Below, piece by piece: positions 63,346 through 64,000 of a stretch of 64,000 nt of DNA. The notes beneath the pieces were generated by a model. That model was not told where the DNA came from. It made no database searches and saw only the letters and a program-made list of their open reading frames with translations. A program made the position numbers and the translations under genes. The first letter of the stretch is position 1; every line of letters begins with the position of its first letter. Location: contig OX597827.1 in NCBI GenBank assembly GCA_951406725.2, forward strand, positions 78,058,001 to 78,122,000, given 5' to 3'. Source of the DNA: Octopus vulgaris. Taxonomy: Eukaryota.

Positions 63346-64000
63346 GCCTATTGTCCCAATTTAGGACTCTTTGCAGCCACTTCATCTCAAGGACTCTCCT
63401 TAAACATGTCAACTGGAAGCTGCCCATTGTTTTTTTCTGAGTGATGACTTCAAATGAACTCAGTATAAGACTATAGTCTTAATTAATTAAAGTTGTTGTG
63501 TTTGCCATTTTAAGGTTGGTGTTGTCATGTTGGCAGCTGTGAAGGAGACCATGTTAGGCTGGTGAGGACTAATAACATTGAAACTTGTCAAAAGTTGTCT
63601 CTCTTGTTGCCAAATATCAGCCTTGCTCCCAACCCCATAAATATTTCACTTTAATTGTTGATCTGTTGAAATTTGGTGAGTAACCTCCCTTGAATTCAGT
63701 CTTTATTCTTGACCAGAATAATTTCTTATTTCAAATTATAATTTCACTTAATTAAAATTTATTTCCAGCTGACCATATTTAATTGTCATTGCTGGCACTT
63801 GACTGTTTGGTCATCACCTCGGGAAATTTTCCAGTGTCTTCAGTGTGGTGGTGGTGGTGGCGGCGGCGGCGGCGGTGGTGGTTGAGAGTGAGAGAGAGAG
63901 AGAGAGAGAGAGGAGGGAGAAGGGTTGAGGGAAGGAGAAAGTGTGAGTGAAGTTTGAAGTCAACAACTGAAGGAAGTAAATTGAGTGAATGTAGATGAGG

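Overview
Eukaryotic, AT-rich and very repeat-dense genomic DNA. The SINE families, the dense microsatellites and the style of the zinc-finger gene suggest a coleoid cephalopod, probably Octopus; this is inference and was not verified by a search. The only clear protein-coding gene is a C2H2 zinc-finger gene with a single coding exon (42775-44292, +; 12 intact fingers plus 2 degenerate N-terminal fingers). The rest is mostly transposable elements: a full-length but dead DD41D (rosa-type) Tc1/mariner (6599-7938), an internally deleted Tigger/pogo, 3' fragments of CR1, jockey/L2-like and RTE LINEs, a Penelope-like ORF fragment, several tRNA-derived SINE families, MITEs and microsatellites. Nearly all other ORFs in the track are microsatellite artefacts. 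The most interesting signal is RNA-level: at least seven minimal type I hammerhead ribozyme motifs in four unrelated repeat families. They include a perfect one (8170-8214, minus strand) inside a 353-bp circularly permuted, 5'-inverted, retrozyme-like element, and one in a tRNA-headed (Pol III) SINE-like element. There are also several foldback hairpins next to (TA)n tracts, and a possible unannotated spliced gene on the minus strand at about 54.4-59.3 kb. All structures were read by eye; no database search or folding program was run.
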